DNA from: Candidatus Bathyarchaeota archaeon
Lineage (GTDB): Archaea > Thermoproteota > Bathyarchaeia > Bathyarchaeales > Bathycorpusculaceae
Direction of reading: 5' to 3'
Assembly (NCBI GenBank): GCA_963775685.1
Contig: CAVZJV010000014.1
Coordinates: 1,088,001 to 1,152,000, forward strand
DNA length: 64,000 bases
The notes under the pieces were generated by a model, which was not told the DNA's origin, did no database searches, and saw nothing but the letters and a program-made list of their open reading frames with translations. A program made the position numbers and the translations under genes. Below are positions 20,703 to 29,998 of this stretch, piece by piece (within the stretch, counting starts at the first letter, position 1; each line of letters opens with the position of its first letter).

Positions 20703-22004
20703 TTAGGGTATAGCGGTTGCTTTAAGGGCCTGGTCTATATCAGCAACGATGTCTTCAGGGTCTTCCAAACCAATTGAGAGCCTGATGTAGTCAGGTGTTA
20801 CGCCAGTTGTGGCTTGTTCTTGTGGGGTGAGTTGTTGGTGGGTGGTTGTTGCCGGGTGAATTACTAGGCTTTTTGCGTCGCCAATATTTGCTAAGTGGGA
20901 TAACAGCTTAACTGACTCAATGAATTTCTTTCCTGATGCTAAACCGCCTTTTATGCCAAAACCTACTAAGCCACCGTAGTATTTTTTGAAGTATTTTGAG
21001 GCGATTTTGTGGTTTGGGTTACTGGTTAATCCTGGATAGTTTACCCAGTTGACTAAGGGGTGGTTTTTCAGGAATTCTGCGATTTGTAGAGCATTTTCGG
21101 AGTGCCTTCTTTGTCTTAGCGGCAAATCTTCCAATCCTTGAAGGAACAAAAACGCGTTGAATGGGCTTAAAGCTGGTCCTAAATCGCGTAGCAGTTGGAC
21201 ACGTGCTTTAAATATGAAGGCGACGTTGCCTAAATCTGGAAAATCTCCGAAGGATGACCAATATTTTACGCCATGATAGCTTGGGTCAGGTTCAGTGAAT
21301 TCCGGAAATTTGTCGTTGTTCCAATTGAATTTGCCCGAGTCCACGATGATTCCGCCGATGCTCGTACCGTGTCCACCTATGTATTTGGTGGCTGAAGTGA
21401 CGAGGACATCTGCGCCAAAGTCGATTGGTTTTACCAAACCCACGCCAACTGTATTATCAATAACCAATGGGACTCCTGCGTCGTGGGCGATTTTTGATAG
21501 AGCCTCAAAATCGGGCACATCAAGTTTGGGGTTTCCGATGGTTTCGGCGTAAATCGCTTTGGTTTTGGAGGTTATTGCTTTTTTGAATTCGCTTGGTTTC
21601 TGGGAGTCAACAAACGTTGTTGTTCTACCTAGTTTTGGAAATGTATAATGTAGCAGGCTGTAGGTTCCTCCATAGAGGTTGTTTGCCGCCACTATTTCGT
21701 CTCCAACCTGAGTTATCGTTAGCAGTGCTATAGATATTGCAGCTTGTCCCGATGCAACTGCTAAAGCACCTGTTCCTGATTCGATGGCTGCAACACGTTT
21801 TTCGAAAACATCAGTTGTCGGATTCATCATTCTGGTGTAAATGTTTCCTATTTCTTTTAGAGCAAACAGGTTTGCTGCATGCTCTGTGCTCTTAAACACA
21901 TACGAGCTTGTTTGGTATATCGGAACTGCTCTTGATCCTGTTGTTGGGTCAGGAGTTTCTTGTCCTGCATGGAGGGCAAGGGTGTCTATTTTGTTGTTTG
22001 GCAT
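20703..22004 (-). CDS. metY: O-acetylhomoserine aminocarboxypropyltransferase (sulfhydrylase)
   Basis: [32 protein letters not shown] (PLP Lys), [19 protein letters not shown]; start set at MPNNKID. Confidence 0.95.
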   Translation of the reverse strand: MPNNKIDTLALHAGQETPDPTTGSRAVPIYQTSSYVFKSTEHAANLFALKEIGNIYTRMMNPTTDVFEKRVAAIESGTGALAVASGQAAISIALLTITQVGDEIVAANNLYGGTYSLLHYTFPKLGRTTTFVDSQKPSEFKKAITSKTKAIYAETIGNPKLDVPDFEALSKIAHDAGVPLVIDNTVGVGLVKPIDFGADVLVTSATKYIGGHGTSIGGIIVDSGKFNWNNDKFPEFTEPDPSYHGVKYWSSFGDFPDLGNVAFIFKARVQLLRDLGPALSPFNAFLFLQGLEDLPLRQRRHSENALQIAEFLKNHPLVNWVNYPGLTSNPNHKIASKYFKKYYGGLVGFGIKGGLASGKKFIESVKLLSHLANIGDAKSLVIHPATTTHQQLTPQEQATTGVTPDYIRLSIGLEDPEDIVADIDQALKATAIP

Positions 22005-22045
22005 TTTTTGCTTGTCTCTTGTTTTTTGGTTGGAACAAAATATGG

Positions 22046-22094
22046 ATAACGGTGTTATATGGGTTCTTGCAAAAAATATTCCAAAAAGAATATT
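22046..22094. promoter_or_regulatory. Divergent metY/regulator promoter with two inverted repeats
   Basis: ATAAC-GGT-GTTAT (22046-22058) and AATATTC-N6-GAATATT (22075-22094); the latter may simply be back-to-back TATA boxes. Confidence 0.5.
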
Positions 22095-22119
22095 AACACA
22101 CCAAATCAATTACAAAACC

Positions 22120-22674
22120 ATGTTTCCGACCCTCGAAGACATCGCCAAACGCCGAAGACAAATAGGCATAAAGCAAGCCGAGCTCGCCAAGGCCGCAGGT
22201 GTATCACAATCCCTAATCGCCAAACTCGAAGCAGGAACCATTGACTCATCCTACACCAAAGTAAAAACCATCTTCAACGTGCTCGAACGCCTAGAATCCA
22301 AAACCAAAATCCAAGCGGAAAAAATAGTCCACAATGAAGTCTTCAGCGTCCAAAAAAACGACCCAATCTTTGTTGTAGTAAAAGTGATGAAAGAACACAG
22401 CTATTCTCAAATACCAGTTTTCGACGGAAAACAGTCAGTTGGCAGCATCTCAGAGAAAACCATTCTGCGCCAAATCCTCTCAGGAAAAGATCTAGATGAA
22501 ATCTCCAAGCTACCAACTGAAGAAATAATGGAAGAAGCATTTCCTCAGATAAACGAGGACGCTCCTTTGTCATTGATTACTATTCTATTGCAAAGTTATT
22601 CAGCCGTTTTAGTTTCCAGAAAAGGCGTTGTTGTCGGTATAATTACCAAAGCAGATTTACTGCGGATGCTATAG
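22120..22674 (+). CDS. XRE-HTH + CBS-pair transcriptional regulator (COG3620-type)
   Basis: MFPTLEDIAKRR...QAELAKAAGVSQSLIAKLEAG...SY HTH, then two CBS domains ending GIITKADLL. Confidence 0.9.
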   Translation: MFPTLEDIAKRRRQIGIKQAELAKAAGVSQSLIAKLEAGTIDSSYTKVKTIFNVLERLESKTKIQAEKIVHNEVFSVQKNDPIFVVVKVMKEHSYSQIPVFDGKQSVGSISEKTILRQILSGKDLDEISKLPTEEIMEEAFPQINEDAPLSLITILLQSYSAVLVSRKGVVVGIITKADLLRML

Positions 22675-22807
22675 CTGCGATTTTGGTTTCTATCACCCAT
22701 CATGTAAAGGCATATTTTCTTTGATACGATCTTCGTTATGAGCTCTCAGCGCAGGCTGCGCCTTAAATAGAAAAGCAGCTCAGAAAATGGTCATGAATTA
22801 GGGTTAA

Positions 22808-23330
22808 TTAGGTTGATTGGGAGATAGGATAATTAGCCGTTGTTTGTTTGGATAAAAATCGTTTTTTATAAAGGGGAATGAGCGTTTTTATCACTGCAAT
22901 GCTAAACAGCACAAGGTAAAACAGGTGCGCCAAGGCGAGGGCTGGCTCTGTTAGAAGCAGCGATGAACTGAATGGGTAACCGATTGTACTAGGCAAAAGA
23001 ACCGTAGCTATTGGAATAATTAGCACCAGATTTGTCTTGTTGCTTCTAAAGAAGACTTTCCAGTCAGCTGTTTTGTACAGGACAAGGGTTGCTGTAACGA
23101 ACAGACTTACTTCAAGAGCGATGTTTACTGGGCTGAAGATGTCAATGTAGTAGAACCCTAACTCATGAAGTCCATACTCGTGGTAGAGAGGGGCCAAAAC
23201 AGCTGCAGTCTACCACCTACTAAGAAGTCACCTATTAACGGATGAGAAATTAATGCTAAGAAGTACGGAATTGCCGTTTTACGATATATAATGAAGATTG
23301 GGATGAAAGCTGCTGATGCAACCACGATGG
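22808..23330 (-). pseudogene. 5'-truncated, frameshifted membrane metal-dependent hydrolase-like gene (YdjM-like)
   Basis: Upstream frame SIVVASAAFIPIFIIYRKTAIPYFLALISHPLIGDFLVGGRLQLFWPLST joins ORF 22808..23197 by a shift near 23190; the N-terminal HxxxD portion and a start codon are missing. Confidence 0.55.
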
Positions 23331-23610
23331 ATAACTCTCATACTCTCATACCATCTGATGCAAGATACGTTTTCATGATGAAATAATTGTTAAAGAGTGG
23401 GAACAAGAATGAATACACGTTGTAAGATTAGATTAGCGGTTGCCGCTGAAGGTGCAAATAAAGATTTTGGTTGGGTTAGTTCTTTTGAAAAGGGGCGACA
23501 ACTTAGGTTTTGGTTTAAATCTAATAAAAGTCCTCTCTTGCTTGATTAGCAAGCGTGGGATTTGCAACATTTAAATCCTACTTTAACAGTAGGTCTTGCA
23601 GTGATTATTT

Positions 23611-24795
23611 ATGTCCATGTCCGTTACTGCTAAGGATATTTTTTCGAAAGAATTCAACTCTGTAAAAGACAATGACACTCTTTCAAGATGCCTAGAGAGT
23701 TTCAAGAAGGGCATGCCGCCCGTTTTGGCTGTCCTAGATGAAAAAGGAAAGTATGAAGGCATGATTACTAGACGAGCAATTTTAAGGTCAAGGCTTGACC
23801 CTACTATGGCCAAAGTTAAGTCTTTGATGGTCACTGCCCCACAGGTAGGTTTAGATGCATCTTTGGCCGCTTTAGCAAAATTGATGATTGGCAGCGGGGT
23901 TAGGCAGCTTCCTTTGGTAGATAAAGGAAAGGTACTGGGTTTTGTAACTGACGAAAATGTTATTCATGGAGCGGTCACAGACGGATGGGGTAAAAATGAA
24001 GTTGAAACCGTAATGACCCGTGCACCCCACACTTTGGAGTCGAATCGCAGTGTCGGCGCAGTTTTGGGTTTAATGCGTGAATTCGGCATTTCTCATGTTC
24101 TCATAATGGAGGGGGGCGAACTTGTCGGTATGGTTAGCATTGAAGATATTTTAGAGAATATTTACTGGCCGCAGCGACGCCAAACCAAGGGCGATATAGT
24201 TGGAGAAAAAATCGAGACGTTAGGAGTTGCTGTTAAAGGAATCATGGCCAGCCCAGTAATAACCGTTAATCCGAAAATAAGTTTGCGCGATTCAGAAAAA
24301 CGGATGCATGACCACGACATCGCTTGTTTAGCTGTTGTTGATGGCGACCGTTTGGTTGGAATAATAACTAAGCTTGATTTTTTGGAGCCAATCTCCCAGT
24401 TAGAAGCTGCGGTAGACCGCAAGTTGACAGTGCAGTTTGGCACTAAAGACGTAGATGTCTCCTCAGAGCAGCAGTCGTTTATGATGGATGAGTTTGATTC
24501 GTTTGTCCACAAATACCAAGAAGCATTCCAGTTGGGCACCCTGTTTGTCTACATGAAGAGCCACGGAAACACCAACGCTCGCGAAACCCCAATGATTCAC
24601 TGCCGACTGCAATTCCGCACTGCACGGGGAACGTTTTTCAGCGCAAGCGAAGGATGGGGCGTCGAACCCACATTCCGAGTAGCACTAGATCGGCTTGATC
24701 GCAGACTTCTACGCAGTAAAGAACTCTTAGCCTACAACCCCAAATACGCCAAAGACTACATGCGCAAAATTGGGTTGCCATCAGAAGAAGAATAA
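23611..24795 (+). CDS. Four-CBS-domain protein with C-terminal HPF/RaiA-like domain (archaeal ribosome hibernation factor type)
   Basis: Four CBS repeats, then a beta-alpha-beta-beta-beta-alpha domain ending IHCRLQFRTARGTFFSASEGWGVEPTFRVALDRLDRRL. Confidence 0.75.
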   Translation: MSMSVTAKDIFSKEFNSVKDNDTLSRCLESFKKGMPPVLAVLDEKGKYEGMITRRAILRSRLDPTMAKVKSLMVTAPQVGLDASLAALAKLMIGSGVRQLPLVDKGKVLGFVTDENVIHGAVTDGWGKNEVETVMTRAPHTLESNRSVGAVLGLMREFGISHVLIMEGGELVGMVSIEDILENIYWPQRRQTKGDIVGEKIETLGVAVKGIMASPVITVNPKISLRDSEKRMHDHDIACLAVVDGDRLVGIITKLDFLEPISQLEAAVDRKLTVQFGTKDVDVSSEQQSFMMDEFDSFVHKYQEAFQLGTLFVYMKSHGNTNARETPMIHCRLQFRTARGTFFSASEGWGVEPTFRVALDRLDRRLLRSKELLAYNPKYAKDYMRKIGLPSEEE

Positions 24796-24796
24796 G

Positions 24797-24848
24797 TCCT
24801 TTCTTCATTTCTTTCTGCTCCTTTTCCTTATTATTCTCCCTTTTGTTT
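24797..24848 (+). terminator. Pyrimidine/T-rich archaeal terminator
   Basis: Successive T-tracts immediately after the stop codon. Confidence 0.5.
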
Positions 24849-25061
24849 CGTGCTAGAAGTTCGAGCAACTAATATCAACTTTTATTATCAAAACAAGTAG
24901 CATCTAATGTACCAGAAGCCACCTCTGGTAGGAGCGATACATGGGTTGGTGAAAGTAACTCAAAATGCTCCAATGTCATTGCCGACTCATAAAAGCTTTA
25001 GCTATATTTTAATACAAAGGGCAGCTTATGCGGTAGTTTTGTTCTCCTGGAAGTTAAAGAT

Positions 25062-25710
25062 ATGAGTGAAGAGCAATCACAAGCTGGTTTTAAACCAAGA
25101 CCCAGGATTCAAACATTATCGGATTTGATTTTTGGGTTAGCGCTCTCGATTGGTGCGTTGACGTTGATTGGCCAGCAACCTGCTGATTTTCAAGCGATTT
25201 TGCTTTCGCTGGCGTTTTTTAGCTTTAGTTTTCTGGTTCTGGTTGGCGTATGGCGGTCCTATTCATCTATATTGTCAGTTCTTCCTGTTGAAACTGAGCA
25301 GTTGGTTAGTCTGAACATTTTGCTTCTCTTCACGGTTTCAATCGAACCTTACCTGTTTAATGAGCTTTTTGCGGTAGGCGGTGATTCATGGAATGGTGTG
25401 TCGGTGATTTATGCGGCGGATTTAGCGGTGATGTTTTTGGTTTTGGCGTTCTTTAATCATTCATTGGGTAAGGAAGAGAAGGGGTGGGCACCTAAGAGTT
25501 TTTTGAAGAAGTTTAGGTTTGAACGCAACTACGATTTGGTTGTGGCAACGATTTTTTTGGTTTCTTATTATTCCTGTTTTCCAGGTAAATGTGAATTTGG
25601 GGTTTTTGGCCGGTGGAAACTTTTTCCTGCCGCTGAGGGTGACTGTTTGGGTTATAGCGCTGGTTTTAGGTTTGCTAAGACGCGTGATTTCGCCCTTCAA
25701 AAAACAGTAG
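25062..25710 (+). CDS. TMEM175/DUF1211-family putative K+ channel (frameshift near 25560)
   Basis: RIQTLSDLIFGLALSI signature, SFLVLVGVW, LNILLLFTVSIEPYL; the C-terminal TMs continue in ORF 25519..25710 after the T7 run. Confidence 0.8.
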
Positions 25711-25764
25711 CATTACGCGGTTTGTGGAGGATTGGGAGGGTTCTTTTTGGATTTGGTGAGCTTA

Positions 25765-25958
25765 GGTTTCCGTTTGCGGGGCTTCAGTTTTTTTCCCAAT
25801 ATGCGGGAATGGACGATGAATAGTCTGCGACGAAGGCTGAAGTTATTCCAATAATGAACCAGATTTGCCCATGCAGGCATTGGTGTATTCTTTAAATGCA
25901 GCTTTGACTATCCCAAAATCGCCGCGATGATTTCTCAACGCGACCATCTTTTAGACAT
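25765..25958 (-). pseudogene. Decayed, internally deleted paralogue of the 42432..42830 gene
   Basis: By-eye similarity: GAAATCATCGCGGCGATTTTG..AAAGCTGCATTTAAAGAATAC and ATGCCTGCATGG..ACTTCAGCC..TATTCATCG match the start and last third of 42432..42830; contains stops and indels. Confidence 0.6.
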
Positions 25959-26256
25959 GTTTTTCGCCTTTTGTATTGTTCTTGTTGTGTGTAGGTGGTT
26001 TGGGCGGTATGTTTTTTTTGGGCGGTCAGGTCGTGTTCTAGCTGGGTTTTACATTTGCTGAGAATTTAACTTGAACAGCAAACGCATCCGTAATGTCTAA
26101 GTATTGTAACCCAAGTAGAAAGCGCCCGCGAACTGCATAACCAGCAGGGTGTGGCAAGCGCAATAAGTCTGGCAGTAGCGTTGGGCGTGTTGGTGTGATT
26201 GTAGATGGTCACCATTCGCTTGATTTGCGCTGCAAAACCCAAAGTAGACGTCAAGT

Positions 26257-27045
26257 CTAAACAGGAATTCTAGACCCGTCAAACCCCAATTTCGAAATTC
26301 CCAGCTCTGCACGCATTTCCCGCATCTGCGCTGCATTGAAAACTGGACCATCCCGGCAGACTCGGTATTTGCCAATCATGCAGCTTCCGCACAAGCCGAT
26401 GCCGCACCGCATTAGCCGTTCAAGGCTGGCTTCTATGGGGAGTTTGCGTTGTTCGGTCATTTCGAAGATTTTTTTAACCATGACTTCGGGTCCGCAGGTG
26501 TAGATCATGTCGAATTGTTCTTTTTCAAGCAGACTTGCCAGCGGCTGGGTGACGAGGCATTGCAATCCTGCAGTACCGTCTTCGGTTGTGGTAATCAAAT
26601 TCTTTTCAGAGCAAATCCCGCCCAATTCACGTACAAATAGAAGATCATTTTTGGTTTTGGCGCCCTCCACAAACGAGAGCCGCTCGGTCTTTGCAGATAG
26701 CTGCTTTGCCAAAAACAGCAGGGGCGCTGTGCCTGTTCCGCCGCCGACGAGGAGCACTCTGCCCCGGCTTTCCGTGAACCAGTTGCCGAACGGACCACGC
26801 AGACCAACCGTTGAACCTGCCTCCAATGAGTGTAGGTGACGCGTAGCATCACCAACCGCCTTCACTGATACGGAAACCAACCCGTTGCCTGCATCAAGCA
26901 CACTAAGCGGAATCTCGTCAACTCCTGGAATCCATAGCATTAGAAACTGACCTGGCTTGGCTTTGCTGCATAGTTTATCGGAAAAGGTAAAGGTTTTCAC
27001 TGTTGAACCCTCATTTTGAATCCGAACAATCTGCGTTGTGCGCAT
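26257..27045 (-). CDS. pyrK: Dihydroorotate dehydrogenase electron-transfer subunit
   Basis: KPGQFLMLW, RGPFGN, GGGTGTAPL, CGPEVM, MRCGIGLCGSC...VCRDGPVF. Confidence 0.93.
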   Translation of the reverse strand: MRTTQIVRIQNEGSTVKTFTFSDKLCSKAKPGQFLMLWIPGVDEIPLSVLDAGNGLVSVSVKAVGDATRHLHSLEAGSTVGLRGPFGNWFTESRGRVLLVGGGTGTAPLLFLAKQLSAKTERLSFVEGAKTKNDLLFVRELGGICSEKNLITTTEDGTAGLQCLVTQPLASLLEKEQFDMIYTCGPEVMVKKIFEMTEQRKLPIEASLERLMRCGIGLCGSCMIGKYRVCRDGPVFNAAQMREMRAELGISKLGFDGSRIPV

Positions 27046-27049
27046 GCTA

Positions 27050-27967
27050 TTATTTGTGGTGTGCAAGGCCGACAATTTCAGATACGCTCCCAAAATGTTT
27101 TCGTCTCAAATATGCTTCTACGCCCCTATTTATGGTTTGGAAGACTTCGGTGTCAAGGGCAACCGCTGTGCCGATTTGAACCGCTGATGCGCCTGCCAAG
27201 AAAAACTGGATTGCATCCTTCCAATCTGACACGCCGCCGCAACCGATGATAGGTACCTCAAGTACTTCAGCGATGTCGTACACGCACCGCAGCGCCACAG
27301 GCTTAACGGCTGGACCTGACAAGCCACCTTTTATGTTGCTTAAAACTGGCAACATGGTTTCGGCATCAATTGCCATCGCCTTGAGGGTGTTCACGCAGGT
27401 CAAGGCGTCGGCTCCTGCCTCAACGGCTGCTTGAGCCAACACTGTTATTTCCGCAACATTAGGCGAGAGCTTTACAATCAAGGGTTTGGTGATGGTAGCC
27501 TTAACTTGCTGCACGATTTCTGTTAGAAATTTTGGGCTCTGACCAATCTCAGCCCCAGTTTGCTTTACATGTGGGCAGGAAACGTTGAGCTCAACGGCGT
27601 CGGCACCTGCTTCAACGGCTTTTTTTGCTACCGTCGCGTACTCCTCAGCGGAGTAGCCAAAAACGCTCACGATTACTGGAACATGTAGAACGGTTTTGGA
27701 GAATTTAATTTCTTCTGCGTAAATGTTGATACCCGGGTTGGGCAATCCCATGGCATTGATGAGCCCGCTTTCTGCTTGGACAATGGTTGGGTTAGAGTAG
27801 CCTACGCGAGGTTCGGTACCTATCGATTTGGTAACTACGGCACCAGCTCCGCCCTTTGATACTCGATTAAGGGACTCTGGTGTGTACCCCAAAATTCCAG
27901 AAGCCAAAATCGTTGGGTTCGCCAGATTCAGACCAGCAAAGCTTATGCTTAAAGGATTGCTTTCCAA
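27050..27967 (-). CDS. pyrD: Dihydroorotate dehydrogenase (family 1B) catalytic subunit
   Basis: ASG, VTKS, NAMGLPNPG, ELNVSCPH, VKLSPN, GGLSGPAVKP, IGCGG. Confidence 0.96.
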   Translation of the reverse strand: MESNPLSISFAGLNLANPTILASGILGYTPESLNRVSKGGAGAVVTKSIGTEPRVGYSNPTIVQAESGLINAMGLPNPGINIYAEEIKFSKTVLHVPVIVSVFGYSAEEYATVAKKAVEAGADAVELNVSCPHVKQTGAEIGQSPKFLTEIVQQVKATITKPLIVKLSPNVAEITVLAQAAVEAGADALTCVNTLKAMAIDAETMLPVLSNIKGGLSGPAVKPVALRCVYDIAEVLEVPIIGCGGVSDWKDAIQFFLAGASAVQIGTAVALDTEVFQTINRGVEAYLRRKHFGSVSEIVGLAHHK

Positions 27968-28145
27968 ACAAATTCACCCTACAATCTAAGGTTAATGCTT
28001 TTAGTTAGATAAAGCTTCTTTTGCCGTTTGTGGATGGAAATAGGCTAAGTTTGCCTTTCTGATGTTTAAATTGCGTGGATTGTTAAAGTGGAGGTTGTAT
28101 TTGTGAAAAAAGAAAAATGAGGGTGTAGCAAGACTTTAAAGCGGC

Positions 28146-28196
28146 TTATTTCTTCTTTTTAGCCTTTTTATCTACTTTTTTTGCTGCTTTAGCCAA
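28146..28196 (-). CDS. 16-aa lysine-rich micropeptide (MAKAAKKVDKKAKKKK)
   Basis: TTG start, GAGGT SD 7 nt upstream, TTTAAATA TATA at 28233-28240, U-rich terminator at 28106-28117; alone in a 450-bp intergenic gap. Confidence 0.6.
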   Translation of the reverse strand: MAKAAKKVDKKAKKKK

Positions 28197-28424
28197 GATA
28201 TTAACCTCAAAGCTACAATTGGCTCCAATTTATATTTAAAATTTGCTAAATCCCAATCCACCTGCCTTAACTGTCAAAATGGCGTAAAAACAGGCGCTAT
28301 AAGCAAAATAAGCCAAAAAATAGGCGACTAATTACTGGTTTTTTCCCATACTTTTTCACTGGTCAAATTTTACATTTATCTGTTAAAATCAAGTGCTTGC
28401 TGAATTGAGGGTTTTATGAATTTT

Positions 28425-28808
28425 CTAACTAACCGATTCGGACGTAACATCAAAACCATTAAACAACAAATCCTCAAGGCTCCGAGCAATACCCAAGCAA
28501 TCGCCATACGTTTGTTGCTTAAGTTTTCGAACCAAACGAACATACTGAGCAAGAGTACCCATTATTATCATGTCTGTCTTTTTAATTTCAAACTTACCAA
28601 CAGTGGCAGCGACTGCAACCTCTCCGCCGCGGGAAAGCATTTCTTGTTTTACAATGTTTGCGGTTTTTGGGTCAACCTCTTCAAACTTGACCAAACGAAA
28701 AACTGCTTTTAGAGCCATAATTTTGACTCCGACTGGATGTACATCAATTTTAATTAGTTCAGCTTGGGCTTCGCTTGAATTCTTGAACTCAAGAATTGTT
28801 GGCTTCAT
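28425..28808 (-). CDS. Stand-alone homologue of the N-terminal extension of long-form dihydropteroate synthases
   Basis: GVKIMALKA, ANIVKQEMLSRGGEVAV, TDMIIMGTLAQ, KLKQQTYG pattern; no TIM barrel follows. Confidence 0.7.
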   Translation of the reverse strand: MKPTILEFKNSSEAQAELIKIDVHPVGVKIMALKAVFRLVKFEEVDPKTANIVKQEMLSRGGEVAVAATVGKFEIKKTDMIIMGTLAQYVRLVRKLKQQTYGDCLGIARSLEDLLFNGFDVTSESVS

Positions 28809-28993
28809 ATCTTACTCAAAAATACGCTCTTTAATTAAAACATTCACCAGATTAACAATTGGGAAGTGATCAGGCAACAACTTGTTTTGCTGATAAAATG
28901 CAGGAACCTTTGTTTTTTCGGCTTATGGAAAGTTTTATTAGGCTGTGTAAAAATTTACACACAATTGAAAAAAGTTAGTAATGGCGAAGAAAC

Positions 28994-29986
28994 ATGAGCA
29001 ACCTCAGAAGTCTTAACCGAAACACCAAAGCAATAGCGGCGATTGCAATATTCTCAGCCCTATACGCAGCCCTAAGAATCATACCCACAGTCCCCATGAT
29101 AGGCACAGGAGCCACATTCCACTTATCCGACATCCTTGCGCCATTGTTCGGCATTTTGCTGGGACCATATGTGGGTGGAATAAGCATAATCATAGGAACC
29201 TTTGCGGCAATAGGCCTGGGAACACCTGCACCCTTCTTCGGTTTAGATTTCCTTCCAGCATTCGTAGTGGCTTTCTCATCAGGTTTTCTAGTCAGGGGTA
29301 AGTGGTTACCAGTTGTAATTCTAAATGCTGCCATGCTCGTTGGTTACGCCGTAAACCCATTAACAGCCAACTTTATCACCACTCCATGGGGTACAGTTCC
29401 GTACCTTTGGATGCATATTCTAGCGTTCATCATACTTATTTCACCGTTAGGACACAAAGCCGGCAAATGGGTCAAGGAGATAAACCCTCCAGAAAAGGTC
29501 AAGCGAAATAAAGGATATATTGCCTATTTGGCAGGTGGATTAGCAGGTTTGACAGTAGGCATTATTTTACTGGTTCTTGCTCTTTTAATGTCTGAACCGT
29601 TTGACGTATTATCCCTCAAAACGGCTTGCGCGGCAGTTGGAACGGTGAGCATAATTTTGTCAGTCACAGTTTTAGTTAATAAACTCAAAATTACAAAGCT
29701 CATTATTGGATTTACAGTTCTTGCGTTCATTGGCACTATGATACAACACCTGACAGGCGGCATACTTTACGAAGTTGTATTAGGACAAATCACTAACACC
29801 GTAAAAGCAAATGCGTATCCAGGAATCTGGAATTTTGTATTCTATATCTACCCATGGGAAAGATTAGCTTTAATCATAGGAGCAGTAGTGGTTGGTGTTC
29901 CTGTAACTAGAGCCCTCTGGAAATACATTGCTCATCCAGAAAATAAACGAATTTTGGTAAAAACTGCTGAGACAAAGTCCAAATAA
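28994..29986 (+). CDS. ECF-transporter S-component-like membrane protein
   Basis: AIFSALYAAL, APLFGILLGPYVGG, FIGTMIQHLTGG, YPWER; longer than a typical S component (extra TM pair). Confidence 0.7.
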   Translation: MSNLRSLNRNTKAIAAIAIFSALYAALRIIPTVPMIGTGATFHLSDILAPLFGILLGPYVGGISIIIGTFAAIGLGTPAPFFGLDFLPAFVVAFSSGFLVRGKWLPVVILNAAMLVGYAVNPLTANFITTPWGTVPYLWMHILAFIILISPLGHKAGKWVKEINPPEKVKRNKGYIAYLAGGLAGLTVGIILLVLALLMSEPFDVLSLKTACAAVGTVSIILSVTVLVNKLKITKLIIGFTVLAFIGTMIQHLTGGILYEVVLGQITNTVKANAYPGIWNFVFYIYPWERLALIIGAVVVGVPVTRALWKYIAHPENKRILVKTAETKSK

Positions 29987-29998
29987 AACAACCTTTTT

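Noticed and set aside
21841-22119. Long N-terminal extensions of the HTH-CBS regulator (from 21841) and metY (from 22109)
   Set aside because: They overlap each other and the divergent promoter; family-typical starts are at 22120 and 22004
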